A stretch of DNA of 62,738 nucleotides, the filler included, from Folioceros fuciformis (lineage: Eukaryota), in the NCBI GenBank assembly GCA_049999805.1. It is 3 parts of one record of this genome, joined end to end, with 100 filler letters (N's around TTAATTAATTAA, not from the genome) between each part and the next. Parts side by side here need not be neighbours in the genome. Positions count along the whole stretch, not along the records: positions 1 to 19,125 come from JBNGIO010006268.1; positions 19,226 to 43,888 come from JBNGIO010006268.1; 1 more part is not named here. One strand, 5' to 3'. Below the pieces are notes generated by a model. That model was given only the letters and a program-made list of their open reading frames with translations, did no database searches and was not told where the DNA came from. The position numbers were made by a program, and so were the translations under genes. Position 1 is the first letter of the stretch, and each line of letters opens with the position of its first letter. Positions 13,277-26,315 of this stretch are shown here, one piece after another.

Positions 13277-14996
13277 TTATAATGCTATTGTCTGGGCTGT
13301 GCCCAGAATATGGGGGCTTAGGATTGACAAATTTGGGACCATGATACTCCTGGCATCGACAGACTTAAATCCTGCTTGCTTGATATAGCCAAGTGTGTCT
13401 CTAGTGAGATGACACCCATCAGCAGCAAGTTGCTGTAAAGGGTCCAGCACGTTCTGCCAGAATCTCAAAGAGGAGCCCTCTGCAGACCCACAAGGGAAAG
13501 GGAACGATGAGGACAAGCTGGAGTGGAGCAGGGAAACAAATGCCAGGGAAGTGAAATGTACCAACCTGGTGCAACAACATGCTCCAGAAACAGAAAGTTT
13601 CCACCTGGTTTCAGTACTCTCTTGACTTCTGCAAGGGAAAGCCAAGCCAGCCTTGTAATCGTTAGATGTTCAATCCAGGAGGCGAACGACTTTGCTTCTC
13701 ACCTGACAGAGTGGATTCCACGCTCTTGACAGAGCAGAGGACCAGGGTGCATACAACAGCATCTACGGAGGCGTCAGGCAATGGGATTGCTTCGCCGACC
13801 TAGTATGTATTGGCAGGAGTGAGATCTTGTGAAGCAAAAGGACTGTTGAAACACTTAAGTGAAAGAGCGAACACATGACATGATGCGGAACGACGAGGTG
13901 TGTAGTGTTACTGCGTGCACAAATTCGAACGGAAGTCCTGCTGCAGAGGCAGATGCTCGTGCATATCTTTCCATGCGCAAGTTTGGATCCACTCCAACCA
14001 CGGCAGTATGTTCCCTCCCAGCATAGAACTTCAAGTTGGGGCCTGTTCCAACACCCAGTTCGAGGATTCTCCCCGCATCCAGATTCTGAAATAGTTTTTC
14101 CTTGTAGCTTGCAATCTTTCACAGCACCACTCCCACTATACTTTCTTAGATGATCTGCTTCCGGCTGGTGAAGGTTGAAGGCCACATTAGCAGAAGGCAA
14201 GAAGAGAATGCTAACTCCAGTCAGCCAAAACTGGACACGAGGACATCATTAGCTGAGCTGTTGCCAACCTGTTTCTCGTACGACTGCATTCCCTCCTGCA
14301 TAGCTCGTGCGAAGTATTCCTCATACCAGTCTGGACGTTTTGGGTGAACTTCCTCCAACGTCCTCTACGGTGAACAGATACAGCCTCAGAGATATAACAG
14401 ACCAAGAAACCAATGCAAGCAGCAGCACACTAGCACCAGCAACACCTTTGAAGTCGGGAGGAGGTACATACAACCAAACCACTATGATCACAGGAGTGCA
14501 GACACCAGATGACAAAACGGATACATTGCTGCATATATGCATCAACGTGAACATTACTGCATATGCATAAGGTTTGCATCACCAAAAAGGTGTCTTCATC
14601 TCCTCTGAAGGCATTGGCTGCAAGAGGTGGTTGAAACAGGATGCCCCCGAGTCCTGTAATCAGGCCCCTTCTGCTGCACGCTGAGCAAGGGCACCACATT
14701 CTACTACTTGAAGTCTTTTCAGGTGCAGAATTTGGCGTCCGCAGGTACTTGCAGTCGTCTGCAGGTGCAAAACGTTCTCCTTCGCTCGCACGTACGGGAA
14801 ACGTCATCTTCTCTCCCTTACCGTGCTCTCTGTGCTCGTTCTGCCCATTCCAAGGCCAGCCAGCGAACAGTTCAGGTGATGGTGACTGCAGCTGTGGCCA
14901 TCTTGCTGTACGTATGCCTTCATCTCTGACAGAGAGAGCGGATTTCCTCGGTAGACGGGGATGCAGCTTCACACCAAACGAAGCGGTCGTTGCCAT
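13277..14996 (-). CDS. SAM-dependent methyltransferase, METTL7/Methyltransf_11-like, probably plastid-targeted
   Basis: Transit-like N-terminus, RPDWYEEYFARAM, ILELGVGTGPNL (motif I), VGVDPN, C-terminal WQNVLDPLQQLAADGCHLTRDT...LSPHILG. Confidence 0.88.
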
Positions 14997-15302
14997 GGCG
15001 CATGAGCGACTGCAGGGTGCAAAACGCAGGAAGCTTTGTCTTTAATCACAACGAAAAGCAAATGCAGATCGTATTCAATGTCATCGCAGCCACAAGAGTC
15101 GGTAGATCATCCGACTGGCCCTTACGAATACGTTAACTACATCCCAACGAAGGAGTGACCAGGGTGATCGTCACCGATCTGTTGGAACCCACAGAGGATA
15201 CGGAACATCATCAGACTGACGCTACGAATTTATCAATCACAACAGCCCAGGCAAGGAGTGTCCACAGTGATCGTCACCGATTTGTTGCTTCAGAGGGAGC
15301 TC

Positions 15303-17074
15303 ATGGATCCCGACCGAGCAACCCCCGCAGAAGAGCCATGGAAAGTTCTCCTGTACAATTGCACGGTCATCGGCATGGACCAGGACTTCCACGAACATCC
15401 AAACAAGGACGTGCTCATCCAAGACCATCACATCAGCGTCATCATGGACTCAGTGGGCCTGGATGCAGCACGCTCCAAAAGCAATTTGGTGAGGCCATTT
15501 CATCTTTCAGCAAACCATTCCGAAGCTCCTGGGAGGCTCAAACATGGTCCCTTGTGCTGCAGGTTTTGGATTGCAGTGGCTTGTTTTTGATTCCAGGGCT
15601 GTGTGATGCCCATGTGCACGTTACAGCCGTGACAGCTAACCTGCATGACCTTACCAAGATCCCAACATCTTTGGTCACAGCAAGATCAATGAAGCTATTG
15701 GAGGGCATGCTGATGCGAGGATTCACCACAGTGCGAGATGCAGGTGGCTGTGATTGGGGTCTGGCTAAGGTACTGTGCCAACAATCTCACTGTGGCATTG
15801 CTCGACCGCATGCCTGTGGATGTGGGTGGTTTCTGATTTGTCTGCTCTAGCTGTAGGCAGTGGAGGAGGGGTTGATTAAGGGACCCAGAATCCTCTTCAG
15901 CGGCCGTGCCTTGTCACAGACAGGCGGCCATGGGGACTTCCGCTCAGCTGGAGAGGAGAATCTTCCCTGCTGCCCCTGCTCAGCCGGTACTGCAAACCTT
16001 GGTCGTGTATGCGATGGAGTGACAGAGGTACGACGAGCTGCTCGGGATGAGCTTCGAAAAGGTGCTCACCAGATCAAGATCATGGCGTCAGGGGGAGTCT
16101 CCTCTCCAACTGATCGGATAAGAAACTTGCAGGTAGTAGCCATGTTTGTTGCAAAGGCATGGTCACTGCTTTCGAAGCTCACTAAGCCTGAGTCTTGTCA
16201 GTACTGTGTTGTGGCAGTTTTCAGAGGAGGAGATACGAGCAATAGTAGAAGAAGCCACAAACGCAGGAACGTACGTATGTGCACATGCTTACACAGCTCC
16301 TGCTGTGCTGAGATGTCTGGAACTAGGTGTTCGCTCGATTGAGCATGGGAATGTATGTCATCTCTTCTGACCTCACACGCGGCCACACATGTTGATGTTC
16401 CACCACTCGGTATGCTTTGGTTCTTACATCTCATCATTCTCCTTGCAGTACATAAATGAAGAGTGCATCAAACTGTTGGTAGAGAAGGATGCATTTCTGG
16501 TGCCCACCTTGGTCACATACGATCAGATTGTTCAACGAGGAAAGGATGCTGGGATGCCAGCAAATCAAGTCGAGAAGGTGCAGGCCTCAATCAAAACCAG
16601 TGAGTTGGTCATGTGAGTTCTACTGACCACTTCAACACTCGTTTTGTTGGTTGCTTTGCTCAGGTTGGGCTACTGTTAGAAGATGGGCGCCGTGCACTGT
16701 CCTTGGCAGACAAGAACGGCGTGAATATATGCTATGGAAGTGACCTGCTGGGAGTCATGCACGATCAGCAGCTTAAAGAGTTCTCAATAAGAGGCGCAGT
16801 GCAAAGTCCCAGGGCGGTGCTCAGATCAGCCACCTGGAACTGTGCTCGTCTGTTTAACATGGAACAGCAAATTGGACTTGTTTCAGTGGGCCGTCTTGCA
16901 GATCTTGTTCTGCTGCAGATGAACCCCCTCCAGGATATCTCTGTTCTGTCGGATCCCGATAACATCCAGATGGTAATGAAGCAGGGTCAAATAGTGCTCA
17001 CTAAGTCCCTATTGGAAGGGAGATTTAATCCAGGACGGGTACGTCAAGAACCTGACTTTGAGATTGCTTTGTAG
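15303..17074 (+). CDS. Metal-dependent amidohydrolase (prolidase/ochratoxinase-like subgroup), multi-exon
   Basis: PGLCDAHVH (HxH), RGFTTVRDAGG, SQTGGHGD, IKIMASGGV (carboxylated Lys position), CAHAY, SIEHGN, GSDLLG, GRLADLVLL; GT-AG introns. Confidence 0.92.
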
Positions 17075-17440
17075 CTTCTAATGCCAGCCAGCCCTAGCAG
17101 AATATGTAGCAAGGCGTGGTAGTCACACGCACGTGACAACCTACTATTAGCATTGAATTGTTGTTTCTTTGGGCAGGCTTGGCACGTTTTGACAATTTGT
17201 ACCATACTACACCCAACCTCCTAACATTAGAGTCGTACATCCACTCCCTATAAGCACAACACAAATGTTCAAGAGTGATGATTGTATAAGCCTGAGTGTT
17301 CATTTGTATTTAACGTACATAGGAATAAAGTGTCAATTGTTTTACAATACATATTAATAGATTCAAATATATTTTATACATTCTAGTGGTGGAGAGAAAG
17401 AAGATTGGATAGAAAAGGAAGATTGTTATAAATGGATCCC

Positions 17441-18115
17441 ATATGGTGGCTTCATCAGTTTGGTGATTTGTGATGTCTCTTTTGACGGAAGATGGTGGCC
17501 TAGTCAACCTTGATGGTTTGTTAGATTTGTCTTATTTCTTCTGTAGTAGACGATGGTTATGGTTCATCTCACCTCTTTTGCAGCAGATGGTGGCTCTAGT
17601 CTATCTAGCCTCTTTTGGGGTATACACTGGCTCTAGTTCGTCTCACCTTTCTTGGGCAAATGGTGGCTTTGGTTTATCTCACCTCTTTTGTTGTATGGTT
17701 CAGTTTTGTTTGATAGTCAATTATGTTCAATGGTTTGCCTCACCTCTTTTGGGGTAGATGGTGGCCTAGTCACCTTTCATGATTTGTTTCACTTGTTTCA
17801 TCTCTTTTAGGGTCCATGGTGGCTCTGGTTTGTCTCACCTCTTTTGGAGTAGATGGTGGCTCTGGTTTGTCTCACCTCTTTTGGAGTAAATGGTGGCTTT
17901 GGTTTGTCTCACCTCTTTTGGGGTAGATGGTGGCTCCACTTTGTCTCACCTCTTTTGGGTAGATGGTGGCCCCAGTTTGGCTCACCTCATCTAAGGTAGA
18001 TGGTGGCTTTGGTTTATCTCACAGAGTCAGATAATGGCTCGATCACCTTTGATGGTTTGTCTCACCTCTTCTAGGTAGATGATGGCTTGGTCACCCTCAG
18101 TAGTTTGTCTCACTT
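17441..18115. repeat. Degenerate 37-bp minisatellite (ATGGTGGCTCTGGTTTGTCTCACCTCTTTTGGAGTAG), roughly 15 copies
   Basis: Unit starts at 17816, 17853 and 17890 are exactly 37 bp apart; flanking copies are diverged and some carry an insertion. Confidence 0.85.
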
Positions 18116-19125
18116 CTAGTCTCCCTTCTTTTTACCTTTTTTTGAATAAATAGATTTTCGTCTTATTTTCTCAAGTAAGTAGATTATGTGCGTGCATATG
18201 CAATATACATCTCATATAAAATATACATCATACATCTTAGTATAGAAAATTAGAGTTATATATTATTGGATTTTGTATACATTTTAAAACAGGTCCTAAG
18301 TATTTTTGGATCCTTGTATATATCCCATGTGACTCACGCATATCTTTCATTAAAAATATTTTATTATATTTTAAAAAATTGTGTATATAATTTTTATAGA
18401 ATATTTTTTTTATTGAATGCAAAGCACCCGAAATAATATTCTGATCTTCCATGCATATTGATTTTTTCTAGAGTATCCTCTACATAGACCAATTAAATAC
18501 AAACAGACAACATAAACATATTCAAGTTTGGAATCTTAAAAAATCTTTGCGAGAATAAATATTCTATGAATTTTTAAATATTCTTACCATAATAAGAATA
18601 TAACTATAAAATACACTAATAAAGTGATTACTCTTAATGAAGTTTATCATAAATCACTGGATGCTTGTCACATATGATATACTTTATGTACGAGATTATG
18701 CAAATACAATAATATCAAATGTCCTCGATTGGTATTGACTGAATAAGTTTTTTCTTATTGTATTGGAAACATAATTTTTAATTATTATCAAATAATATAT
18801 GTCTTCACAATAACCAAAACCAACATAATTATCTATAGTCTTATAATAAATAAATTATATATATGACAATCATGTAGTGCAGGGTGTTTTCAATGTCAAA
18901 GATTTAGAATCTATTTGAAAATACTCTTTCCTTTGACCCCTAAATTAAATCATTATTTCATCCTAATTCATGCATTTAATTTTTATTTTTTTTAACTATA
19001 TGATTTTTTTAACGATAGTCACGATAGATTCTTTTATATAAAATTATTTTTTGCAATAAATACATTGACCTTGTATGAAAAGAAATATAGATATATGCTC
19101 TAAACTCTCTCTATAAAAAAGTGCA

Positions 19126-19225
19126 NNNNNNNNNNNNNNNNNNNNNNNNNNNNNNNNNNNNNNNNNNNNTTAATTAATTAANNNNNNNNNNNNNNNNNNN
19201 NNNNNNNNNNNNNNNNNNNNNNNNN
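19126..19225. other. Artificial contig linker N44-TTAATTAATTAA-N44
   Basis: Six-frame-stop palindrome at 19170-19181 embedded in Ns, total 100 bp. Confidence 0.97.
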
Positions 19226-22200
19226 CTTTTCCTACTGAACATTATAACTCGGTTCGCTAGATGTGTGGATGTGCCTGAGCAATCAATGCTAACTTACCAA
19301 GATTTGGGCACACAAAACATTCAACACAAAGATACTATCGGAACAGAGAACTTGCAACCTTCAACATTACAGTCAAGGAAAATTCCAAAGTTTGAACGTT
19401 GGAGCTTCAAATCAAGGAAAGTTGGGCTATCATATGTAAGTGATGAACGAGGTTCTGGTCGTTTCGACTTTTTTAGCTCATTTGGGAGAATGAAACATGA
19501 CAAAGAGCTGAATCCTCCCATACATATAAGAAATGAAGATTTGACTTGTTCCAAGAGCATGGTGTGCAAAAACACTAGTGTCACTCCTAAGCCTTGATTC
19601 TCTTTTGTTGTTCTACATGTTTCATCTATATTCTACAATCTATAAGAATGGAAATAGGGATTGATATATTATTTGGATTCAATTATATATATTTTCAAGT
19701 GTTGTAGCTCTAGTTTTTGTTGGTAAACAACAAAGAGTATAGATTATTACACGAGAGGGCTACATAAGTGTTTCATAACAATTTTGTAACAGGATTTCGG
19801 TACAAGGTATGCGCATCTATAGATTAATTATAAGGTATGTCTTAATGACTACATTGAGGATGAAGTAGATCACCATGTGTAACTCCTATGGGGAAAAGTT
19901 TTTTAGCAAAACTTAGAGCTCTATATTCAATAATAAGAACTTAGATAGCCATACCAAGGAGAGAACTACTAAGGAGAGAAGCAAGGTGTAGCTTACTATC
20001 CTACGAGAATTTGAATACTGAGAAGTTTTGAAATGTACGAGATTATGAAATAGATGAAACTTAAACCCTAAACCCTTAAAAAAGGTTCAATTTTCTTAAT
20101 GCTATGAGCTCGAGTTCTTTTAACCCTTTCAGCATTGACAAGGAGTAACATCCACTGCTTTATTGAAAGGACTATACTCTCTTCTTTGATAGCAACAAGG
20201 ATGATTTGGTCATCACCGTTTTTGAATAAAAAAAGTGACTGTAGGGGTTGTATAGAGGAGTCTAGTATGGCCTCAGGACTTAGTGAATGTTACTAGGATG
20301 AGTCTAGTGTGGTGGAGGAAGTGTTGGATTGAGTCCAAACATTCTATACCATCAAGAAACAATTGCAATAGTGTGAACTAGCTAGCCTTTCGCCACAAGT
20401 GGGATCGCTTAGAAATGAGTTTGTTTATTGTAACGATTTATGGGTAATCACTTGGTTTGAGGAATTGTCTCTACACATGAGAAATTGTCCCACACACACC
20501 TCAATAGGAAGAATGGAGTTGGTTTCCCTTTATGTTGTAGCATTCTTTCGACAATGGGTTTCCATTGCTCCACAAAAGGCCTTGGCCAACATTGTTTATA
20601 GAGTGACAACAAGTGTACAAGAAACAACTTCAATGACTTTAGCAGTAGGTCAACCCTATTAACTCCTAGATCATAGACATAAAGGTACCATTGGTACATT
20701 TGAATATAGTGGCCTTGTATGCTAGTCCTCTTAGCCCAATGTGTTTTTGTCCCTCTTTCATTGGGTAGATAGTTTTTCTAGTATTTTTTTTACTCTTTTT
20801 TAAGGTAGATAGATTTTTCATCTTTTTTTTTTTCCAAATAATTTCTGGATTTCCACTCCATCTTGTACCAGGGCTAAAATTAAATTTATTAATTTTTAAA
20901 TTGACTTTTAAAAGGGAAATTTATGTATATTTAACTTGGATTCTATTAAAAAAGAAAGAGATGGTTGTGATATGGGTGGAAGCCATGCGGCTTTTTTTGT
21001 ACGGAGAGGCATGGGACATCCAGTTAGGTTACGAGGCTACAGCAAGCGGACAAAACTTGACACATATTCCAAGCTTCAATGCGCGCTCTTCATTCATCTC
21101 CAACTTGAAGAGATGCATCGGGTGATGTCATGTCAGCTTAGTAGTTCATGCAAACAGTGTCATGTCGCGAATTCTTCGGTGTGAAGTTGCTTCCCTAAGA
21201 CAGCATGCTGCATTTCGATGTCCCGCAGGAGCAGTGCCGGGGGGACAAAGGCCAGCTGGCCTGGATGGAACAGATTCAGTTTCCTTGATCATTGTTCCTA
21301 TCACTAAAGGGTACAGTGCAGGTACCGAAATTTCTCAACAAAAGAACAGTGATTTGCTCAGCTTCGGGACATGCAGCGTTTGGGTTCGCGAGCTCCAAAT
21401 GCTGCGAGCGTGCGCCCTCGAGACAACTACATTCAATGGCACAATGTACTGTAACAGGAGGATTCTAGCAGCAGAAGGCATGTACTGTTCACCTGAATCA
21501 CAGTCCTGCTCCCGCTTCCAAGCTCCCCTTGTCCTGCGTCCTGACCTACACGGGAGGGTTCCAGAAATCCTAGAGCACTTCCAGACGCGCATTGCAGCCA
21601 GTGAATGAGGATCATCGTCGTTGGTCCAAGTTTAGGGAAACGGAGAACACGTTGGAAGTTCAACTCGGAAGGCTCCAGAACTTTGTCTGTCTGGGCTCAA
21701 TGGTTCATGCAGAATGTCATGGCAGTATTGGTTTGTTCCTGTAGCGCATCCCATGGGAGTGGGAAAAGCATTCGTTTAGGGTTTGCTCAGGAGAAGAGAT
21801 GGGAAACTCGGAAGCAGGCTGATGAAAGAAAAGGCTGTCTGACTAGTGAAAGCTGTCCCAAGGTATGAATGCGTCTCTGACTTGGAGGTTGAAGTAAGGT
21901 GGTCCCGGCAGGCATGCATGATCCACGATGTGCTTGGAAGGGTTGGTGGTTCTCTAAACCCTTGGACTTGCATGCTCATGAAACGTATCAGTCAGTGCAG
22001 GAACGGGTGGTGCTTTTGGCGCATCTGGCAGGAATGGAAAAGGTCCCTCTTCGCCCGTCTCGTCCTGTCCAGGGAACGGGAAGAGGAACCGGGGAGAAGG
22101 CTGCAAACAAGGCTTGCTGGCTCATATAGCTGTCCAAGTTGTGTATGCTTCGCTCTGACCTGAAGGCTCCACCAATAAGAAGGCCCAAGCATGTGCAGCA

Positions 22201-23589
22201 TGATAAACAAATTGCGATAGAAGCCCATGAATGTCCTGTGCAGCTGGTGCCACCGGTGAGAGTTCTCCAAACCCCGACAAGAGGCCGCCAGCAATAAATA
22301 CTGCAGGCTTGGCAAAATCAGGACGTTCCCACAAGAATTTCATGGGACGCATGCATGGGGAGAGCGGGACGACAAAGACCTTCTGCGGCCCGGAGCTGCT
22401 ACAACCGCTGAGATATGGGTGTCTGGATTCCTGACAGAGTGGGGCCGATCCCCTTACCTTACCACATGGCCCGCTGCTCGAGAAGGTTGTACCATGGTAC
22501 CGTGCAGTACAGGTCACAGCTACTACAATTGACTGGAGGCATGGCAAACAGTTAACCAACTGCCATTGCGTAGGCGAGGCCTCGATTTCACTATCAACTC
22601 TGTGCATGCTTGCTCATCAGGGAGAGGCCCGAGGATGTGGTTCCCGGCCCAGGACAGCCAATCATTCTGTAACTGGTGGCTGGCTTATTTCGCAAATCTT
22701 GAAAATCATGAGTGCTTCATTCCTCCTGGGCTACCTATATTGCACAATGCGGGCTCGACGGTTTTCTTGGAACCCCAACCCTAGCGGTAATATGGCCTAT
22801 TGGGTGGGTACTTATGAATGTCACTCCTCCTGATACCGGGATTGATTTGACTGATGTGTGATGTGGTATGTTTTCGCGTTCGCGCTTTCACGACCCACCC
22901 ACCAATGGGACAACGTGCACTAACACAAATTTGGGGGAAGCAGCAATTTGGATCGCCACCCAGTGGAGAAGCAAGTGCTGGGTTTCGTCAATTAATGAAT
23001 GAGAGAAGTAAGTCGTCCGATTCGGATTCGACGTGTGTGTAAAGAACACACACACACAAAAAAAAAAAAAACAGTGGACAGAAATTGGCAAAGGGTTGTC
23101 CAAGAGAAGCCTATTTGTAAATCTCTGAGCAACCTGAAACCCTGCTCCCGCTTATTTATTCTAGACTCAGATTCCAAACTGGCCGTGTGACATGGGGGCT
23201 GCAGCAAGGAAGGGAAACAAATATGGAGTTATTTCAGAAGGTAGCAAGCAACGACAGAATGCGTGAGGAGCGTCACAGCAGAATGTGCATGAGCACTGAT
23301 CGGTCGCTGGTTATTTATGTCATTGACCGGTCGAGATTAGAGGAAAGGGTGGTGGTGGAAGAGAAAGAGAGAATGTCGAGTCCCTGACAAGCACACACAC
23401 AAATCCTGATGCCGGACATGACCGTTGAGAAATGCGAATGGATAGAACGAGCAAGCTTGCGAGAAGAGAGACTTCGGTTGTGGAATGTGGGAAACCGGGT
23501 TGCCCTATCCTTAGGATCCTCCCCGCAGACGCTTCGATGATTCAAATCCGTCTACGGGTGCGGGGGGCTGGTAGCTCCATCACCACCTC

Positions 23590-24081
23590 TCACGCAGCGT
23601 AGTTGCAAATTCCGAACTTGCATTTCTGGTTGGCCGGGCACTTGTTGCCGCACCGCCCGCAGTTCTCCTTGTTGCTCTTGAGGTCCACGGAGTTGCCTGT
23701 GCAGCACACCTTGCCCTTGCCAACAATGTGGCCGCACTTGCCGCAGTTCTGGGTGTCGGTCAGAATGTCGACGCAATTGCCTTTGCAGCAGTGTTCACCC
23801 TTGGAGCCTTTCTTCTTGCAAATGCTAGGCTTTTTGGTGCACGTCTCGGCCGACTTGGATCTGAGGTTGCGAAATTCGTAGCCGGCGTAGGGAACCTGCA
23901 GCAAGGACCTGCGCCCGAGCGCCAGACTGCTCCTGGACGCGCTCGCTACGCCCCCGAGCTCAGTGGAGCTCCGCAACGCCAGCTCCACGTCCGCGTCCGC
24001 CGCGGCCACAGCCGTTGTGGCCGCGATGCAGGCGACGAGCGCCAGCAGGAACAGGAATGCGACGGCTGCGGACTTGGCCAT
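23590..24081 (-). CDS. STIG1-family secreted cysteine-rich peptide
   Basis: Signal peptide, RRSLLQ pro-region, TC..IC..CC..CVD...NCGKCG..CC...NCGRC..C..C.FGICNYA; intronless. Confidence 0.9.
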   Translation of the reverse strand: MAKSAAVAFLFLLALVACIAATTAVAAADADVELALRSSTELGGVASASRSSLALGRRSLLQVPYAGYEFRNLRSKSAETCTKKPSICKKKGSKGEHCCKGNCVDILTDTQNCGKCGHIVGKGKVCCTGNSVDLKSNKENCGRCGNKCPANQKCKFGICNYAA

Positions 24082-24786
24082 GTTCGCACGCTGGACGGAC
24101 GGTCCGAAGACTGCGCGAGGTCGGATTCCCGGGTCCTCGGCTGCGTGATCCGGGCCTCTGATTGTACAGGCAAGCGCAGCTGCCGATCTTGGAACAACAC
24201 GGAGAGGAAATCTATCCTCGTCGGCTGCCTCAGTCTCTTATCAAGCTTCCTCCAGGACGTCCTCAGACTGCGTAAGAAACATGAACCTGAATATCAGCAG
24301 CGCGTGGGGGCCTCCTCCTGGACCGTCCGTCCACCAACACGCAATTCATCCACACCCGATCACCTCACCCCAGCCACCGTCTCCAACAAGCATCAAGCAA
24401 ACAGGCGTCGGGACAGAGCAAGCAGCAAGCATCTCATATCACGATTCCGGCAAGACACCAGCCTACGAGCAAGCAGTCCGAGAGTGAATCGCCCAGAATC
24501 GCCCAGAGATGCAGTGACCAGGGACGATGCAAGCTGTCCCGGCGGGAGCAGACAAAATCCAGTCGAACATGGCACACTCAAACCGGACCGCCGGCTGCGC
24601 TCGGCAGAAGCGGGGAAGGGAGGTCACACCTGGCGGCAGCGCGAAGCAACAGATCGGGGAGCACCTTGCGGTGTCCGACGGGCGGGCGGCCGAGTCTTGA
24701 ATTCGGGTTACGCTGGCGCCCGAGGAGGTCTCGAGCCAGAAGGACTGTCCTGAGGTAGACGCTCCGGCGAAGGACTCGGTTTATAT

Positions 24787-24886
24787 NNNNNNNNNNNNNN
24801 NNNNNNNNNNNNNNNNNNNNNNNNNNNNNNNNNNNNNNNNNNNNNNNNNNNNNNNNNNNNNNNNNNNNNNNNNNNNNNNNNNNNNN
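24787..24886. other. Assembly gap (100 N)
   Basis: Run of N. Confidence 0.99.
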
Positions 24887-25196
24887 TGTGGGGCGCAAAA
24901 GACAAGCCCGCGACACAACACAACAGAAAGCGTAATTGCATGTAGAAAAACATTAGACAATGAGCGGAACGGGTGGCCCAAACCGGAAACCGGATGGCGG
25001 GAAGAAGGGGTTGCGTAAGAGGACACTTCCCTCCCGGCTGTGGGCTTTTTGGCTCTCTTGGGAGGCATGGAAAACGTTCATGCTTGAGCAGGGGGGAGGG
25101 GGCAGGGGCAGCCGGAGGGCAAGTCGGCATGGGGAAATTGGGGGACACCAAGCAATAGGACAAGCACATGTTTGTTTGTTCACAGTTCTTTATTCC

Positions 25197-25800
25197 TCAT
25201 TTATGGGTTGAGTAGCAACCCAACATGGGGTAGTTGAGGCCTGCGGCCACAACTCCCTTGGAACACTTTGTTGTTGACCGACTGGTGGCCTGTAACATCT
25301 CATCTCTCTCGAAGCGCCTTTCACCACAGTTCTGGGACAGTTTTTGCATTTGCCGAAAAAGCACACCTCGCACTTGTTTTCTCCTCCTCTTCACTACCCA
25401 AGTACCAACAACATTCTCCATTTCCAATGTAGATTGCAAGAGCTTCAACTACTTACATTGTTTCTTGCATGCCTTCCCTCTTTTGTGCCTTCCCTCTTTT
25501 GTGGGTGTGTTGCTCTTGCTCTATCAAGTGAGATTATCCATACTTTCAAATTCTTCTCCACGATCTAGGGCTAACATAACAACCTTTCCTTTCAACTTAT
25601 CCACAATCCTCCTTCCAAGGGACCATGAAGGAGCATCCAAGAGGGACCAAGTTCCTCCTAATGTATGTCTAGATTTCACGTTTGTCCAAACAACCCAAAT
25701 GGGTTCTAACATGAAAGAGAGCCCACTCATACAAGTCCAAATGGTGATTTGGTTTCTTCCTTTGTGGGCTTTGCACCCATCATTGAAAAAATTCATTCAT
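25197..25800 (-). mobile_element. Possible degenerate Ty1/copia integrase remnant
   Basis: KGKVVMLALDRGEEF resembles the copia integrase motif KIKxLRSDRGGEF; frame broken by stops; no other domain recognised. Confidence 0.3.
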
Positions 25801-26315
25801 AAGGGACAACGGCTTCATGATGAAGCATCTACTCTCATGAACAAACTATTCCTAAAAAAGCTAAACCCTAATAATGCAACATTGATGCAATACGGACATA
25901 AATTAACCCTAAACTACATGCCATATAAACATACATCAAAATCATACTATATTTCGATAAGCTTACTACACGACTTTAAGTTCCGATTATAATAAAAATA
26001 ATCTCTTACACCAAATCATTCACCAGTCAGTCAACAGCTTCACAACAACAAGGACATTGATGCAAACTCAAACCTAGTGTTTTTTTCTTCTTGGAAATTT
26101 ATAAAGTTATTAATTTTGTGTGTGTCCTTTGAGAAAGGATGACTAATTTAGGGTATCCCACATCCATACATCCATAAGTAATGTATTCTACCAAATTCAT
26201 ACATTTACAAAGTCCCTATTTTTTTTAATAATCTAAAGTTCATTTTATTAACATTAATACATGTTTTAGTGTTTAATATGAATTTGATATAACATAAGTA
26301 ATCCATTTACAAATT

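Noticed and set aside
17441-18115. CRISPR-like appearance of the 37-bp repeats (also the 40-bp array at 57656)
   Set aside because: Units are head-to-tail without unique spacers, there are no cas genes, and the context is eukaryotic.
19170-19181. TTAATTAATTAA palindrome as a biological element
   Set aside because: Centred in N runs and repeated identically at 43933; an assembly linker.
19226-20800. Possible copia fragment (TPQ..NGV-like near 20497) and AAACCCT repeats near 20063
   Set aside because: Motif is frameshifted and unsupported by flanking residues; two telomere-like units are not an array.
23728-24753. 341-aa plus-strand ORF
   Set aside because: Antisense shadow of the GC-rich STIG1-like gene and its upstream region; no domain.
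25234-25992. 252-aa plus-strand ORF
   Set aside because: No recognisable motif; antisense to decayed repeat-like sequence.
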